The notes: generated from the sequence alone by a model not told the origin. Positions 9,697 through 19,426 are shown, counted from the first letter of the stretch. The stretch is DNA of 64,000 bases from Pirellulales bacterium (GCA_040880125.1 JBBDJB010000025.1:34268-98267); one strand, 5' to 3'. Numbers and translations: made by a program.

Positions 9697-11133
9697 ATGA
9701 GTCGCTACGAAACACCGGTGGTCGTCGTCGCCGATTCAAGTGCGGAGTTCTTTGATTCGGCGTGCTGCCAACTTGAGTCGGAAGGTTACGAGCTACGCTG
9801 GGCCTCCGAGCGCCAAGAGCTCGACGCGCAACTGACCCGAGACCGTATCGACCTGGTCCTCTTGGATCAAGGCTTTCACCCGACCGGCGGGCACGATCTG
9901 TTGGCCGAGTTGTCCTACCGGCGAGTCTCCACACCCGTCATCTTACTGAGTGATCGTCCGTCGATCGGGTGCGCTGTCAAGGCCACCAAGCTGGGGGCCT
10001 GCGATTATCTCGTCAAACCGCCCGACTGGGCGTATCTGCGCCGCTCCGCATCGCGCGCGATCAACTCCTTCCAACTTCAAAATCGCATGCAGGGTTTTCA
10101 CACCAGCGCCAAGGCAGATAGTTTCTCGCCGCCGATACTGGGCGACGATCCGAGTATCGGCCAGGTGCGAAGAACGATCGCCGAGGTTGCCGCCACCGAC
10201 GCAAAGATCCTCGTGCTCGGCGAAAGCGGTACCGGCAAGGAGCTCGTCGCCCGCGCGATCCACCATCAAAGTCTGCGGCGTCACGGTCCGTTCATCCCGG
10301 TCAACATGGCCGCGCTGCCGACCAATCTCGCCGAGAGCGACTTGTTCGGCCACGAGAAGGGTTCATTTACCGGCGCAGATTACACCCGGCGGGGATACTG
10401 CGAGCTGGCCCACAAGGGAACCCTCTTTCTCGACGAGATCGGCGAGATGGACATCGCGCTGCAAGCCAAACTGCTGCGCTTCCTCGAGGAGCAGTTGTAC
10501 CGCCGCGTGGGAGCTGGCGAGTTGCGGAAGGTGAACACCCGGATTGTAGCGGCAACCAATCGGGACCCGGCCCAGTTGGTTTGCGAGGGCAAGCTCCGCG
10601 AGGATCTGTATTACCGACTCAACGTCGTGCCGATCCTAGTGCCGCCGCTACGACAGCGCTGCGGTGATATCCCGCTATTGGCCCATTGGTTTTTGGAGCG
10701 GGCGGTCCGCGACAACGACAAGCGCGTCACCGGCTTCACGGAGGCGGCGCTTGATGCCATGCAAAACTACCCCTGGCCGGGCAATGTCCGCCAGCTTCAG
10801 AACGTCGTTTCGCGGCTGGTCATCCTCGCGCGGAACTGCCAGATCGACGTGGACGTGCTACCGCCGGAGATTAACTCGCACGGCGGACGCTCAATTGCAC
10901 CGCCCACGTACCGCGTCTGGCCCCGCGAGCAAAGCGACACGCTGCGCCCGATGGATCAAATCGAGAAGCAGGCGATACTGGAGGCTCTGGCCCGCGCGCA
11001 CGGGAACGTGGTCGATGCGGCCCAATTGTTGGGCGTCGGCCAGGCCACTGTGTACCGCAAGATCAAGCGCTACGGCATTGAACTCGGGCGGCGCCGCCCG
11101 AGTACCCGTACGGCCACCTCGTGCAGCGGTTGA
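9697..11133 (+). CDS. sigma-54-dependent response regulator (NtrC family: receiver + AAA+ + Fis-type HTH)
   Basis: ATG at 9697 (MSRYETPVVVVADSS). Receiver Asp in DLVLLDQ. GESGTGKELVARAIH is the Walker A. GHEKGSFTGA is a GAFTGA-like loop. C-terminal AAQLLGVGQATVYRKIKRYGI is the HTH_8. Confidence 0.85.
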   Translation: MSRYETPVVVVADSSAEFFDSACCQLESEGYELRWASERQELDAQLTRDRIDLVLLDQGFHPTGGHDLLAELSYRRVSTPVILLSDRPSIGCAVKATKLGACDYLVKPPDWAYLRRSASRAINSFQLQNRMQGFHTSAKADSFSPPILGDDPSIGQVRRTIAEVAATDAKILVLGESGTGKELVARAIHHQSLRRHGPFIPVNMAALPTNLAESDLFGHEKGSFTGADYTRRGYCELAHKGTLFLDEIGEMDIALQAKLLRFLEEQLYRRVGAGELRKVNTRIVAATNRDPAQLVCEGKLREDLYYRLNVVPILVPPLRQRCGDIPLLAHWFLERAVRDNDKRVTGFTEAALDAMQNYPWPGNVRQLQNVVSRLVILARNCQIDVDVLPPEINSHGGRSIAPPTYRVWPREQSDTLRPMDQIEKQAILEALARAHGNVVDAAQLLGVGQATVYRKIKRYGIELGRRRPSTRTATSCSG

Positions 11134-11147
11134 CGTTCCCCGTGGCC

Positions 11148-11170
11148 GTAGCTGATTCGTAAGAATTCAG
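11148..11170 (+). repeat. hairpin repeat family C copy (gtagctgattcgtaagaattcag)
   Basis: Lies 15 nt after the stop of the sigma-54 regulator gene. Imperfect CTGA(A)TTC / GAATTCAG stem with a GTAA loop. Confidence 0.7.
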
Positions 11171-11486
11171 CCAGCCAGCAGCCGACGCATCGTCCACGCG
11201 GACGCCGTTTGGCATATCCCACCACAAGCGGTACGATCGCCCGAGACAACCCGTACAATCGTGCCGTCCCGCTATGACGGTCAGCACGGCCTGCCAGCCT
11301 GCTGGCGAAAAGCTAGAGTCGAGAGACATACAGCGCGCGCACCGTTGCAGTACGCCTCGTTAGGAGATTTTGCTGCCTCGGCGGCAGTGACACCCCCCTT
11401 CCGTGCCACCCATGCGTCCGGCGCGGCACGGCAGTATTGGCGACTTTTCGCCTTGAGGCCGCCGATCATTTGGAGTTCGACCCGTC

Positions 11487-12983
11487 GTGAGTTCGCCCGT
11501 CACCTCCACTTCGACAATTCCGGACTCCGACGGCCAGGCCGTCGTGGGAAGCGAGACGGAGCAGCCGCCGCAACCGCAGAAACGTAGCCGTGTCTTCGAC
11601 GCTTCCGTCTGGACCATGGTCGGCTACGTCGGCAGCCAAGTGCTGCGGCTGGGCGGCAACGTTGTCCTCTCCTACTGGATCGCCCCCTCGGCGTTCGGCT
11701 TGATGACGCTGGTGAACATCGTCGTCAACGGACTGAACATGTTCTCCGACGTTGGGCTCGGCGCGAGCATCATCCAGAACGACCGCGGCGACGATCCGAC
11801 GTTCCGCAACACGGCCTGGACCGTGCAGACCATCCGCGGCGTCATTCTTTGGCTCTGCGCCTGCCTGCTCGCATGGCCGGCGTCGCTGTTCTATGAAGAA
11901 CCACGCCTGCTGTGGTTGATCCCCGCGGTCGCCATCTCGGCGTTGATCTCCGGGTTCGACTCCACGTCCCTGTTTACGGTCAGGCGGCACTTGCAGTTCG
12001 GCCGACTCACGATCCTCGAGCTTTCAGCACAGGCAATCGGCGTTTTCGTCATGTTGACTTGGGCATGGATCTCGCCCAACGTCATCGCCCTGGTGGCCGG
12101 GTCGCTCGTGACGGCGCTGGTGAAAATGGTGGCCAGCCACTTTTTTATCGCCGGGGCGGGCAACCGCTTTCAATGGGATTCGGAAGCATTCACCTCGTTG
12201 ATTCACTTCGGCAAGTGGATCTTCATCAGCACGATTATCACCTTCTTCGCGGAGCAATCCGACCGGCTCGTACTCGGCAAGCTCGTTTCCATGGACGCCC
12301 TGGGCGTTTACGGGTTTGGCTTCGCGATCGGCGTGTTGCCGTTGATGCTGCTTTCCCGATTGAGCACCTCGGTTGTCGTCGCGCACTTGGCCCAGGCGTA
12401 CCGCGCGGCCCGCGACAGCATGCGGCATCAACTGTTTGCCGCACGAGAAATTCTGCTGCCGCTGGCGGTGTTTATCGTCCTGGGGGTGGTCCTGGAGGCC
12501 GAAAGCTTTTTCATCCTCCTCTACAGCGAAGAGTACCACGGCGCCGGTCCGATCGCCCAACTGCTCAGCGCCTGGGTATGGCCCATGATTCTCAGCTACA
12601 CGCTCAACGGTGCGCTGCTCGCCACCGGCGACTCGCGGAGCCTCGCCGTGCACAACCTGGGCACGTTCCTCGGCACGGTCGTCGCCAGCATCACCGGCTT
12701 TTACCTGGCCGGGATCAGCGGCTTCATCGTCGGCATGGCCGTCGGCGCGCTATGCGGCTATCTGGTGATTCAGGTCTGCCTGAGCGGCCACGGCATAAAC
12801 TCGGTGCATCAGGATCTCCGCTTCACGTTTTATCTGGGCGCCCTGGCATTCCCGTCGCTGTGGCTGGCGGACTACGTGAGTCAATTCGGCCCGTGGTTCG
12901 ACCAATTCGTGCGCGTGCCCGTTCTGATCGCGGTCGGCCTCTGGGCCCTTCACCGCCTCCGCGGCCTCTGGCATCTGCGCTAG
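11487..12983 (+). CDS. polysaccharide/oligosaccharide flippase (Wzx-like, MOP superfamily)
   Basis: 498-aa ORF with a GTG start, ~12-14 hydrophobic segments and a polysaccharide-biosynthesis-protein-like N-terminus (VGSQVLRLGGNVVLSYWIAPSAFGLMTLV). The start codon is uncertain. Confidence 0.7.
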   Translation: MSSPVTSTSTIPDSDGQAVVGSETEQPPQPQKRSRVFDASVWTMVGYVGSQVLRLGGNVVLSYWIAPSAFGLMTLVNIVVNGLNMFSDVGLGASIIQNDRGDDPTFRNTAWTVQTIRGVILWLCACLLAWPASLFYEEPRLLWLIPAVAISALISGFDSTSLFTVRRHLQFGRLTILELSAQAIGVFVMLTWAWISPNVIALVAGSLVTALVKMVASHFFIAGAGNRFQWDSEAFTSLIHFGKWIFISTIITFFAEQSDRLVLGKLVSMDALGVYGFGFAIGVLPLMLLSRLSTSVVVAHLAQAYRAARDSMRHQLFAAREILLPLAVFIVLGVVLEAESFFILLYSEEYHGAGPIAQLLSAWVWPMILSYTLNGALLATGDSRSLAVHNLGTFLGTVVASITGFYLAGISGFIVGMAVGALCGYLVIQVCLSGHGINSVHQDLRFTFYLGALAFPSLWLADYVSQFGPWFDQFVRVPVLIAVGLWALHRLRGLWHLR

Positions 12984-13294
12984 AAGGTTTTCGCAGGCCG
13001 CTGTCCAAAGGTTTTACGTAACGCGTGGACAGCGAGGCACTCCCACTCCCTCGCGGGGAGAGGGCCGGGGAGGGGGGAAGAAGAGAGGACACCGCCGGGA
13101 ATGTCTGTGACACGTGTTGCGGCCCGACCCGTCCATCTCCCACACCGGTCCGCCCTTCTACCCTCTTTGGTGCGCATTTTGCTGCAATTTCACACCTCTG
13201 CCCCGCGGCCACACGTGCCGGCGTACAATAGACGATCGACAGGCAGCCGGCCTGAACCTGGGGCAGACTTCCCGTATCACCAGGAGGAGGAACC

Positions 13295-14590
13295 ATGTTC
13301 CGCTTTACGATCGGAGCCGCCGCCCTGGCGACTTTCCTGCTGATCGCCCCCGCCCACACGCAGGCGCAAGGTCTTTACATCGGTCCCGGGGGCGTCGGGA
13401 TCGGAATCGGCAACGCGCCGCGCGGCTATGCCTACGGATACCGCAATCCGCAGTACAACCGGTACGGCCTTTCGCCGTCCCGCCTCTACAACTATTACGG
13501 CAATCGCTCCTACAGCCCGCGCTCGTACCGGCCGTACTACTATGACAATTTCACCCGCGGCTACTCGCTGGGCTTCGGCAGCGGCGCGGCTTATCCCTAC
13601 TGGGGGCCGCGCACGTATTGGTCTGGCGATCGCTGGTGGGGTTATGGGATCGACCTTACGCCGCGATACTACTACGGCTATACGCCGTCCTACACGTACA
13701 CCAGGCCGACGTACGATTACGACCTGGACCCGTACGGCCTGAGCACCCGCTCCGCACTGACGGCACCGGCGCGCGAGGAGTTGACGCAGCTCGGTTGGGA
13801 TGACCTCCGCCAGGTGATCTCCAACGGCGCCGACATACTTCGCCGTGAGCTCGACGAGATCGGCACTGGCGAGGCCTGGGCCGATTATCTTCTACTCGAC
13901 CAATTGAACGAAGCGATCATCGGCGACCGATTGGGCCCACCCGACGCCGAAGCCTCTGAAAAGCTCCGCGACGTGCTCGCCCGGTTCGACGCCGTGGCCG
14001 AGAATCCCGACTACCAGAGGATCTCCGACATGGCCGGCTTCATCACGGTGCGCCGTGCGGTGGACGATTTCCTCATTTCGCCCGAGGATCGTTACCGGCG
14101 CGTGCTGGCCACGACGGCCGCCGCCCTGGAGATCTCGCTGGATGACGTGGCCACCGGCGCGCGCTGGCACCAGTACTTGGGCCTCGACACGCTGACCGGG
14201 CTCCACGAAGACCCGGCCGCCCCGGAAACGCTGCAGGAGTCGCTTGCCCGCTTCGACGCCACTACCGAGAACGAGGAGTATCGCACGATCTCCGGCTTGA
14301 CTGGTTTCACGGCCACGCGGCAGGCCCTGGCTGATTACGTGCAGTTCATGTCCGGCGAGGAAGAAGGCGCGGCACCGGCAGAAGTCGAGGAAGACCTGTT
14401 GCCGCCTCCACCGGAAGCGACCGAGCTAGAAGTACCGGCCGACGTCGTCCCCGAACAGGCCACACCGCAAGATGCGGCACCGGCTGATCCCACTCCGGCA
14501 ACTCCGCCGCCTCAGCCGCAGCCAGCCCCCGATGCCCAAACGCCGAACGTGGAAGCACCGGGCGATGCAGTGCCGCAGCAGCAATCGTAG
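13295..14590 (+). CDS. secreted protein of unknown function: signal peptide, Tyr/Gly/Arg-rich low-complexity region, two tandem ~90-aa modules, Pro/Glu/Ala-rich tail
   Basis: GGAGG sits upstream of the ATG. The signal peptide is MFRFTIGAAALATFLLIAPAHTQAQG. I count 28 Tyr in the following 123 residues. The repeated module is ..GTGEAWADYLLLDQL..LARFDAVAENPDYQRISDMAGF / ..ATGARWHQYLGLDTL..LARFDATTENEEYRTISGLTGF. Confidence 0.65.
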   Translation: MFRFTIGAAALATFLLIAPAHTQAQGLYIGPGGVGIGIGNAPRGYAYGYRNPQYNRYGLSPSRLYNYYGNRSYSPRSYRPYYYDNFTRGYSLGFGSGAAYPYWGPRTYWSGDRWWGYGIDLTPRYYYGYTPSYTYTRPTYDYDLDPYGLSTRSALTAPAREELTQLGWDDLRQVISNGADILRRELDEIGTGEAWADYLLLDQLNEAIIGDRLGPPDAEASEKLRDVLARFDAVAENPDYQRISDMAGFITVRRAVDDFLISPEDRYRRVLATTAAALEISLDDVATGARWHQYLGLDTLTGLHEDPAAPETLQESLARFDATTENEEYRTISGLTGFTATRQALADYVQFMSGEEEGAAPAEVEEDLLPPPPEATELEVPADVVPEQATPQDAAPADPTPATPPPQPQPAPDAQTPNVEAPGDAVPQQQS

Positions 14591-14717
14591 CGGCCCTGGC
14601 CAAAGTTCGCCCGTTGCGAGAGAATGACCGATTCCGAGTGAGTTCGGATTTGCCGGTAGCGCCGCCGCTCCGACTGCCGAGCCATCGATCGAAATCTCCC
14701 CCAGCCGCGCGGCCTTC

Positions 14718-15266
14718 ATGAAATACGACATCCGATCCACTACAATTCTCACCGTGCGGCATCGCGGCCGCGTCGCCCTGGGCGGCGACGGACAGGTCAC
14801 CCTCGGCGACTCAATCGTCAAGGCCGACGCCGTGAAGATCCGCCGCCTGATGGATAATCAGGTCATTACCGGCTTCGCCGGCGGCAGCGCCGATGCCTTC
14901 GCCCTGCTGGAGCGCTTCGAGGCCAAGCTGAAGGACTACCCGCAAAACGTCCCCCGGGCGGCCACAGAACTGGCCAAGGACTGGCGCACCGATCGGGCGC
15001 TGCGGCGGCTGGAGGCGATGCTCGTGGTGGTCGACGCCCGCCACACGCTGCTGGTCTCCGGCACCGGCGATGTGATCCAACCGGCGGACGGCGTCCTGGG
15101 CATTGGGTCGGGCGGCAACTTCGCCGTCGCCGCCGGCCGTGCGCTGGTTGCCCACACCGAGATGGACGCCGGTCAGATCGTCCGCGCCGCCCTGGAAATC
15201 GCCGGCGACATCTGTATCTATTCCAACCGGAACATCGTCGTGGAGGATCTCGAGTGCAAGACCTGA
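14718..15266 (+). CDS. hslV: ATP-dependent protease subunit HslV
   Basis: [23 protein letters not shown] is the HslV N-terminal nucleophile region, here preceded by the 7 residues [21 protein letters not shown] is also present. Confidence 0.92.
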   Translation: MKYDIRSTTILTVRHRGRVALGGDGQVTLGDSIVKADAVKIRRLMDNQVITGFAGGSADAFALLERFEAKLKDYPQNVPRAATELAKDWRTDRALRRLEAMLVVVDARHTLLVSGTGDVIQPADGVLGIGSGGNFAVAAGRALVAHTEMDAGQIVRAALEIAGDICIYSNRNIVVEDLECKT

Positions 15267-16591
15267 CGCCCCGTCAGATCGTTGAGGCGCTGGACCGGCA
15301 CATCATCGGTCAGGCCGATGCCAAGCGGGCGGTCGCCGTGGCGATCCGCAACCGCTGGCGCCGCCAGCAACTCGACGAAGAGATGCGCCGCGAAGTAGCG
15401 CCCAAGAACATCCTCATGATCGGCCCGACCGGCGTCGGCAAGACGGAAATCGCCCGGCGGCTGGCCAAACTCACCGGCGCACCGTTCATCAAGGTCGAAG
15501 CGACCAAATTCACCGAGGTCGGCTACTACGGCCGCGACGTCGAGAGCATGATTCGCGAGCTGGTCGAAAACGCCATTAGCCTGGTGCAGGAGCAAGAGCG
15601 GAAGAACGTCGAGGAGGAAGCCCGGGAGCGAGTCCAGCAGCGGCTGCTCGATCTGCTCGCCCCGGCGCCGACCAGCATGGACGTCGGCGCGGACTCGCCC
15701 GATTCGCCGGAGCGCTACGAGCGCACACGCGAAAAAATGCGGGCGATGCTGGCCTCCGGTGAGATGGAGCATCGCAAGGTCGAGGTGACGATCGAGCAAA
15801 AGGGTGCGCCGATGGTGCTGGGCGGAATGGGACTCGACCAGCCCGACTTCGACTTCCAAGGCATGCTGGATAAGCTCATTCCCAAGAACGTCGTCCGCCG
15901 CGAGATGGCGGTCGCCGACGCCCGCAAGGTCCTGTTCGAGCAGGAGTGCGAATCGCTGATCAACCACGAGAAGGTCCAATCGCAAGCGATCGAGTTGGCC
16001 GAGAACCTCGGCATGATCTTTCTCGATGAGTTGGACAAGGTGGTCGCCGGCGAATCGGCACGCGGCGCGGATGTTTCCCGCCAGGGAGTGCAGCGCGACT
16101 TGTTGCCGATCGTCGAGGGAACGACCGTGCAAACCAAGTATGGTTACGTGAAGACCGACCACATCCTCTTCGTGGCGGCCGGTGCGTTCCACAAGAACCG
16201 ACCCAGCGACCTGATGCCGGAGCTACAGGGCCGCTTTCCCATCCGCGTCGAGCTAAGCGATCTGACGAAGGACGATTTCGTCCGCATCCTCACCGAGCCC
16301 CGCAGCGCGCTGACCAAGCAGTACGTGGCGCTGATGGGCACCGAAGGCGTCGAGATCGACTTCACCGAAGACGCCATCGAGTCCTTAGCCGACTACGCAT
16401 TTCAGGTAAATCAATCGACGCAGAATATCGGCGCCCGGCGGCTCTACACGATCATGGAGCGTCTGCTGGAGGAGCTGAGTTTCGAAGCGCCGGAGATGAA
16501 GATGGGCCGCGTCGAGATCAACGCCGCCTACGTCCGCGAGCGGTTGGAGAAGGTGAGCCAGGACGAAGACCTGAGCAAGTACATCTTGTGA
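15254..16591 (+). CDS. hslU: ATP-dependent protease ATPase subunit HslU
   Basis: [51 protein letters not shown] (Walker A) and IFLDELDK (Walker B) are all present. A GTG start overlaps the hslV stop. Confidence 0.95.
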   Translation: MQDLTPRQIVEALDRHIIGQADAKRAVAVAIRNRWRRQQLDEEMRREVAPKNILMIGPTGVGKTEIARRLAKLTGAPFIKVEATKFTEVGYYGRDVESMIRELVENAISLVQEQERKNVEEEARERVQQRLLDLLAPAPTSMDVGADSPDSPERYERTREKMRAMLASGEMEHRKVEVTIEQKGAPMVLGGMGLDQPDFDFQGMLDKLIPKNVVRREMAVADARKVLFEQECESLINHEKVQSQAIELAENLGMIFLDELDKVVAGESARGADVSRQGVQRDLLPIVEGTTVQTKYGYVKTDHILFVAAGAFHKNRPSDLMPELQGRFPIRVELSDLTKDDFVRILTEPRSALTKQYVALMGTEGVEIDFTEDAIESLADYAFQVNQSTQNIGARRLYTIMERLLEELSFEAPEMKMGRVEINAAYVRERLEKVSQDEDLSKYIL

Positions 16592-16778
16592 ATATCTCCC
16601 GATGCTCCGATTGACCGTAAACCGACTGATCGGCGCCGTCGAGTTTTGATCGTGAGTCGCGGGACGCTATAATCACTGCACGTTCTGCGAATAGGCCCCG
16701 CCGCTAGTCGCAGGCTGGGCACGTTTTAACAGCCACAACATTCAGAAGTCGGCTGTTCTACGCAAAGTGTGCGCGCCG

Positions 16779-19313
16779 ATGAAATTGAAGATCGTACATT
16801 TCGACGCCTACCGTAGCCTTCTGGACGCCCGGCTCGAACTCGAGCAAGGTTGTGTAGGCCTTGTAGGTATAAATGAGTCAGGTAAATCAAATGTGCTAAA
16901 CGCAATAAGCTATCTGAACATCTCGAAACACCTGTCTCGCTCGGACACACCGAAAATGGCCCGAGAACGTGATCCGTGTATTCGGTTTGAGTTTTCGCTC
17001 GACGATAGCGATTACGAAGCAATTTATTCCCACCTTTCGGATTGGTGCGCACACTCGTGCACTGTGCTACAGTCAAATCTCTCACAAGCGACGCTTGTGT
17101 ACCACGTGATGTTCGACCGAATGGACGCGAAGGAGAAGCGATTTTTATCAATTGATGGTCTCCAATTACGGAAACAGGTTTATTTGCTCCGCGAGTCGCC
17201 TCCTTTTGATCTCGATTACACGGTGAATATTGACGGGGAGCATGTATTTTTATCCGAAGCTCCGCTACTTGATGAAGCCGCCTATAGCCACAATGTGGAC
17301 CTAGATCGGCTTCGGAGTCGGTTGTCAAGCATCGACGACCAAATCGGTAAGATCAATTCCGCGAGCAGTGTAGAATCTCAATCTGCAGCCGATGCGAATA
17401 CGAATCAAGACGCTTCGGATAGTCGCGCGGAGTCGTCCGTAACTGAAAGCACGAGCGACGCTTCCAGCCAGAGTGACGGTGAACGTACATTGCAATCCAC
17501 CCTCAAGGCGGAGCGTGATGAAATTTGGCAGTCCCTGGAGGGCGTCAGAACGCCTGAATTGATAGATGAAGCAATACAATCGCTAGCAGCCGCCAATGAA
17601 AGAGAGGAAGAGGTTCGAAGCAAACTCGCAAAGGCGAAGCGGCGATTACAAAAAAAGAAGAGCGCGGAGAAAACTGATAGCGAGCAAGCTGTTGAATCTG
17701 TGGACGAGAAGAATTCAGTGGAGGAACTTGAAGACGAGCACGAACTAGCAATAGCTGACGTCGATAGGCAAAAACAAATTGTGACGGCACTTAGGCGCAC
17801 CGTCTCGGATTGGTACACGAATGCGTTCGAAGCAAGCCCAGTGAGTTTAACATTCGGGCCCGACTCCTCACTCTCAGAATTGCTCCCAAACGTTGTAATA
17901 TGGTCGCACACGGATGAATACATTCTTCAAGGTGAAACGCAATTTGCGGACATGGAGAAAGCGCACTCGCTTGAAGAATTGTCCCGTCCCCTCGTCAATC
18001 TGTTCAGAATCGGGCTGGACATTGAGTCGATCGAAAATCTGAAGAGTACAATTGATGAAATACAACTGGACGGCAACGAGCGTAGCCGCCATCAGGATCG
18101 GATCAACACTAGAGTGCAGGAGTACTTAAAAAGCGTCTGGCCTCAATACGACCAGCGGATCAGTGTAGCAATTGAACAGGAGCGGATTCGCGTACATTTT
18201 TCTGACCCTGCTTGTGATGATCCAAGCTACTATCATATGCAGGAGCGGAGCCAGGGGTGTCAGACATTCATATCTTTTTTGCTCACAATTGGCGCAGAAG
18301 CTAAGCATGGCGTAATTAGGGACACTGTACTTCTTCTCGATGAGCCTGAAACACACCTTCACCCATCTGGTGTGCGGTTCATGCTGCGCGAGCTAATAAA
18401 AGCTGCCGATGCGGGGAATATCGTTGTGTTTGCCACACACTCAGTCTTCATGATAGACCGATCGAAATACGACAGGCATGTGATCATTAAAAAGGCGAGC
18501 GAGCGAACACAGATCGAGCGATCTTCTAGCGGACGAATCGGGCGATTTATGCAGGAGGAAGTACTCTATGGCGCACTCGATGTCGATCTGACGAAGGATT
18601 TCAACAGCCTAACCAATGTCAATTTCGTGTTCGAAGGCATTGGGGACGCCCTGCTATTTAGCTGCGTCTACCGGCATGGTGTAAATGAGAAAGTTCGTCC
18701 GTTCCCGATTGATGGCGTGTCATTTCATCACGGCGGAAAGTGCAGTGACATAATAAAGTGGCTAAAGGCACGGCCAATTCAGCTTGGTTCGATATGGATA
18801 TTTATATTGGATAGTGATACCCCTGGTCGTGATTTACGTGCTTTCATTGAAGGTCGCTATGCGGACTTTATGGATAGCTACGTGCGCATATTTAGATACG
18901 ATCTTGATGGGAGTGGCGTGGCGGATGTTCAATTGGAGGATTTATTATCTGAGGAGCTCGTCGTTGAAGCTATACAGCGAGCAGCGGCAAAGACGGGCGA
19001 GCATCTCGAAAGTGGATTCAGCTGGTCGGGTACCTTCGGGAGTTATTTTCCGGGCGTGCTGAAGAGCTGCAAAAATAGAGATGTATTTAAGGGAGTATTC
19101 AAGGATGAGTTGAATAGCGGTATCAAAGAACTAGTCGAATCCAATCGCCCAGCCACGATCCTGAAAGATCGCGCGCCTCGCTACATTGAGTGGGCTAAAG
19201 GGGTCATCAAATCCGTCCACCCAAATCGGAAGAAGAGCAGCCCCGTAGCGGCGGACGCGAAATCGTCCGCTAAGCAAAAAGTCCCGGCGGTCAAGAATGG
19301 CGATGCTACATGA
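16779..19313 (+). CDS. ABC-type ATPase with long coiled-coil/low-complexity insertion fused to a C-terminal TOPRIM (OLD / DUF4435-like) domain; OLD/PARIS-like putative defence nuclease
   Basis: Motifs in order: Walker A GINESGKSN near the N-terminus; ~450 aa insertion; signature-like ERSQGCQTF; Walker B VLLLDEPETHLH; H-loop FATHS. The C-terminal module from ~18615 carries FVFEGIGD and ILDSDTPGRD (Glu + DxD). The gene is markedly lower in GC than its flanks. ATG at 16779 is preferred over the GTG at 16767. Confidence 0.6.
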   Translation: MKLKIVHFDAYRSLLDARLELEQGCVGLVGINESGKSNVLNAISYLNISKHLSRSDTPKMARERDPCIRFEFSLDDSDYEAIYSHLSDWCAHSCTVLQSNLSQATLVYHVMFDRMDAKEKRFLSIDGLQLRKQVYLLRESPPFDLDYTVNIDGEHVFLSEAPLLDEAAYSHNVDLDRLRSRLSSIDDQIGKINSASSVESQSAADANTNQDASDSRAESSVTESTSDASSQSDGERTLQSTLKAERDEIWQSLEGVRTPELIDEAIQSLAAANEREEEVRSKLAKAKRRLQKKKSAEKTDSEQAVESVDEKNSVEELEDEHELAIADVDRQKQIVTALRRTVSDWYTNAFEASPVSLTFGPDSSLSELLPNVVIWSHTDEYILQGETQFADMEKAHSLEELSRPLVNLFRIGLDIESIENLKSTIDEIQLDGNERSRHQDRINTRVQEYLKSVWPQYDQRISVAIEQERIRVHFSDPACDDPSYYHMQERSQGCQTFISFLLTIGAEAKHGVIRDTVLLLDEPETHLHPSGVRFMLRELIKAADAGNIVVFATHSVFMIDRSKYDRHVIIKKASERTQIERSSSGRIGRFMQEEVLYGALDVDLTKDFNSLTNVNFVFEGIGDALLFSCVYRHGVNEKVRPFPIDGVSFHHGGKCSDIIKWLKARPIQLGSIWIFILDSDTPGRDLRAFIEGRYADFMDSYVRIFRYDLDGSGVADVQLEDLLSEELVVEAIQRAAAKTGEHLESGFSWSGTFGSYFPGVLKSCKNRDVFKGVFKDELNSGIKELVESNRPATILKDRAPRYIEWAKGVIKSVHPNRKKSSPVAADAKSSAKQKVPAVKNGDAT

Positions 19314-19426
19314 GCGTGTTATGAATCCACTCATTTGTCGGCCGCCAATTAACAGTCGCTAGTGACTAATGCCGGCAGAATCAAGTTATCGCAATGGGTG
19401 TATGGCGATCGCTGTCGGAGGCAGCC

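Noticed and set aside
11437-11452. Sigma-54 promoter-like TTGGCGACTTTTCGCC upstream of the flippase gene, downstream of the sigma-54 activator
   Set aside because: The GG and GC elements are one nucleotide too close compared with TGGCAC-N5-TTGC, and the bases deviate from consensus. A nearby GGCACGGCAGTATTGG also fails the -12 element. This is not claimable without a matrix scan.
13046-13076. G-rich element ctccctcgcggggagagggccggggagggg, resembling 41894-41917, as a fourth repeat family
   Set aside because: Only two loosely similar copies occur in the window and the similarity is low-complexity (G/C runs). The evidence is too weak to define a family here.
14718-14741. Seven-residue extension (MKYDIRS) before the catalytic Thr of HslV as an anomaly or mis-called start
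   Set aside because: No alternative start codon lies adjacent to the TT codons. Short HslV/CodW propeptides are known, so this is probably normal autoprocessing.
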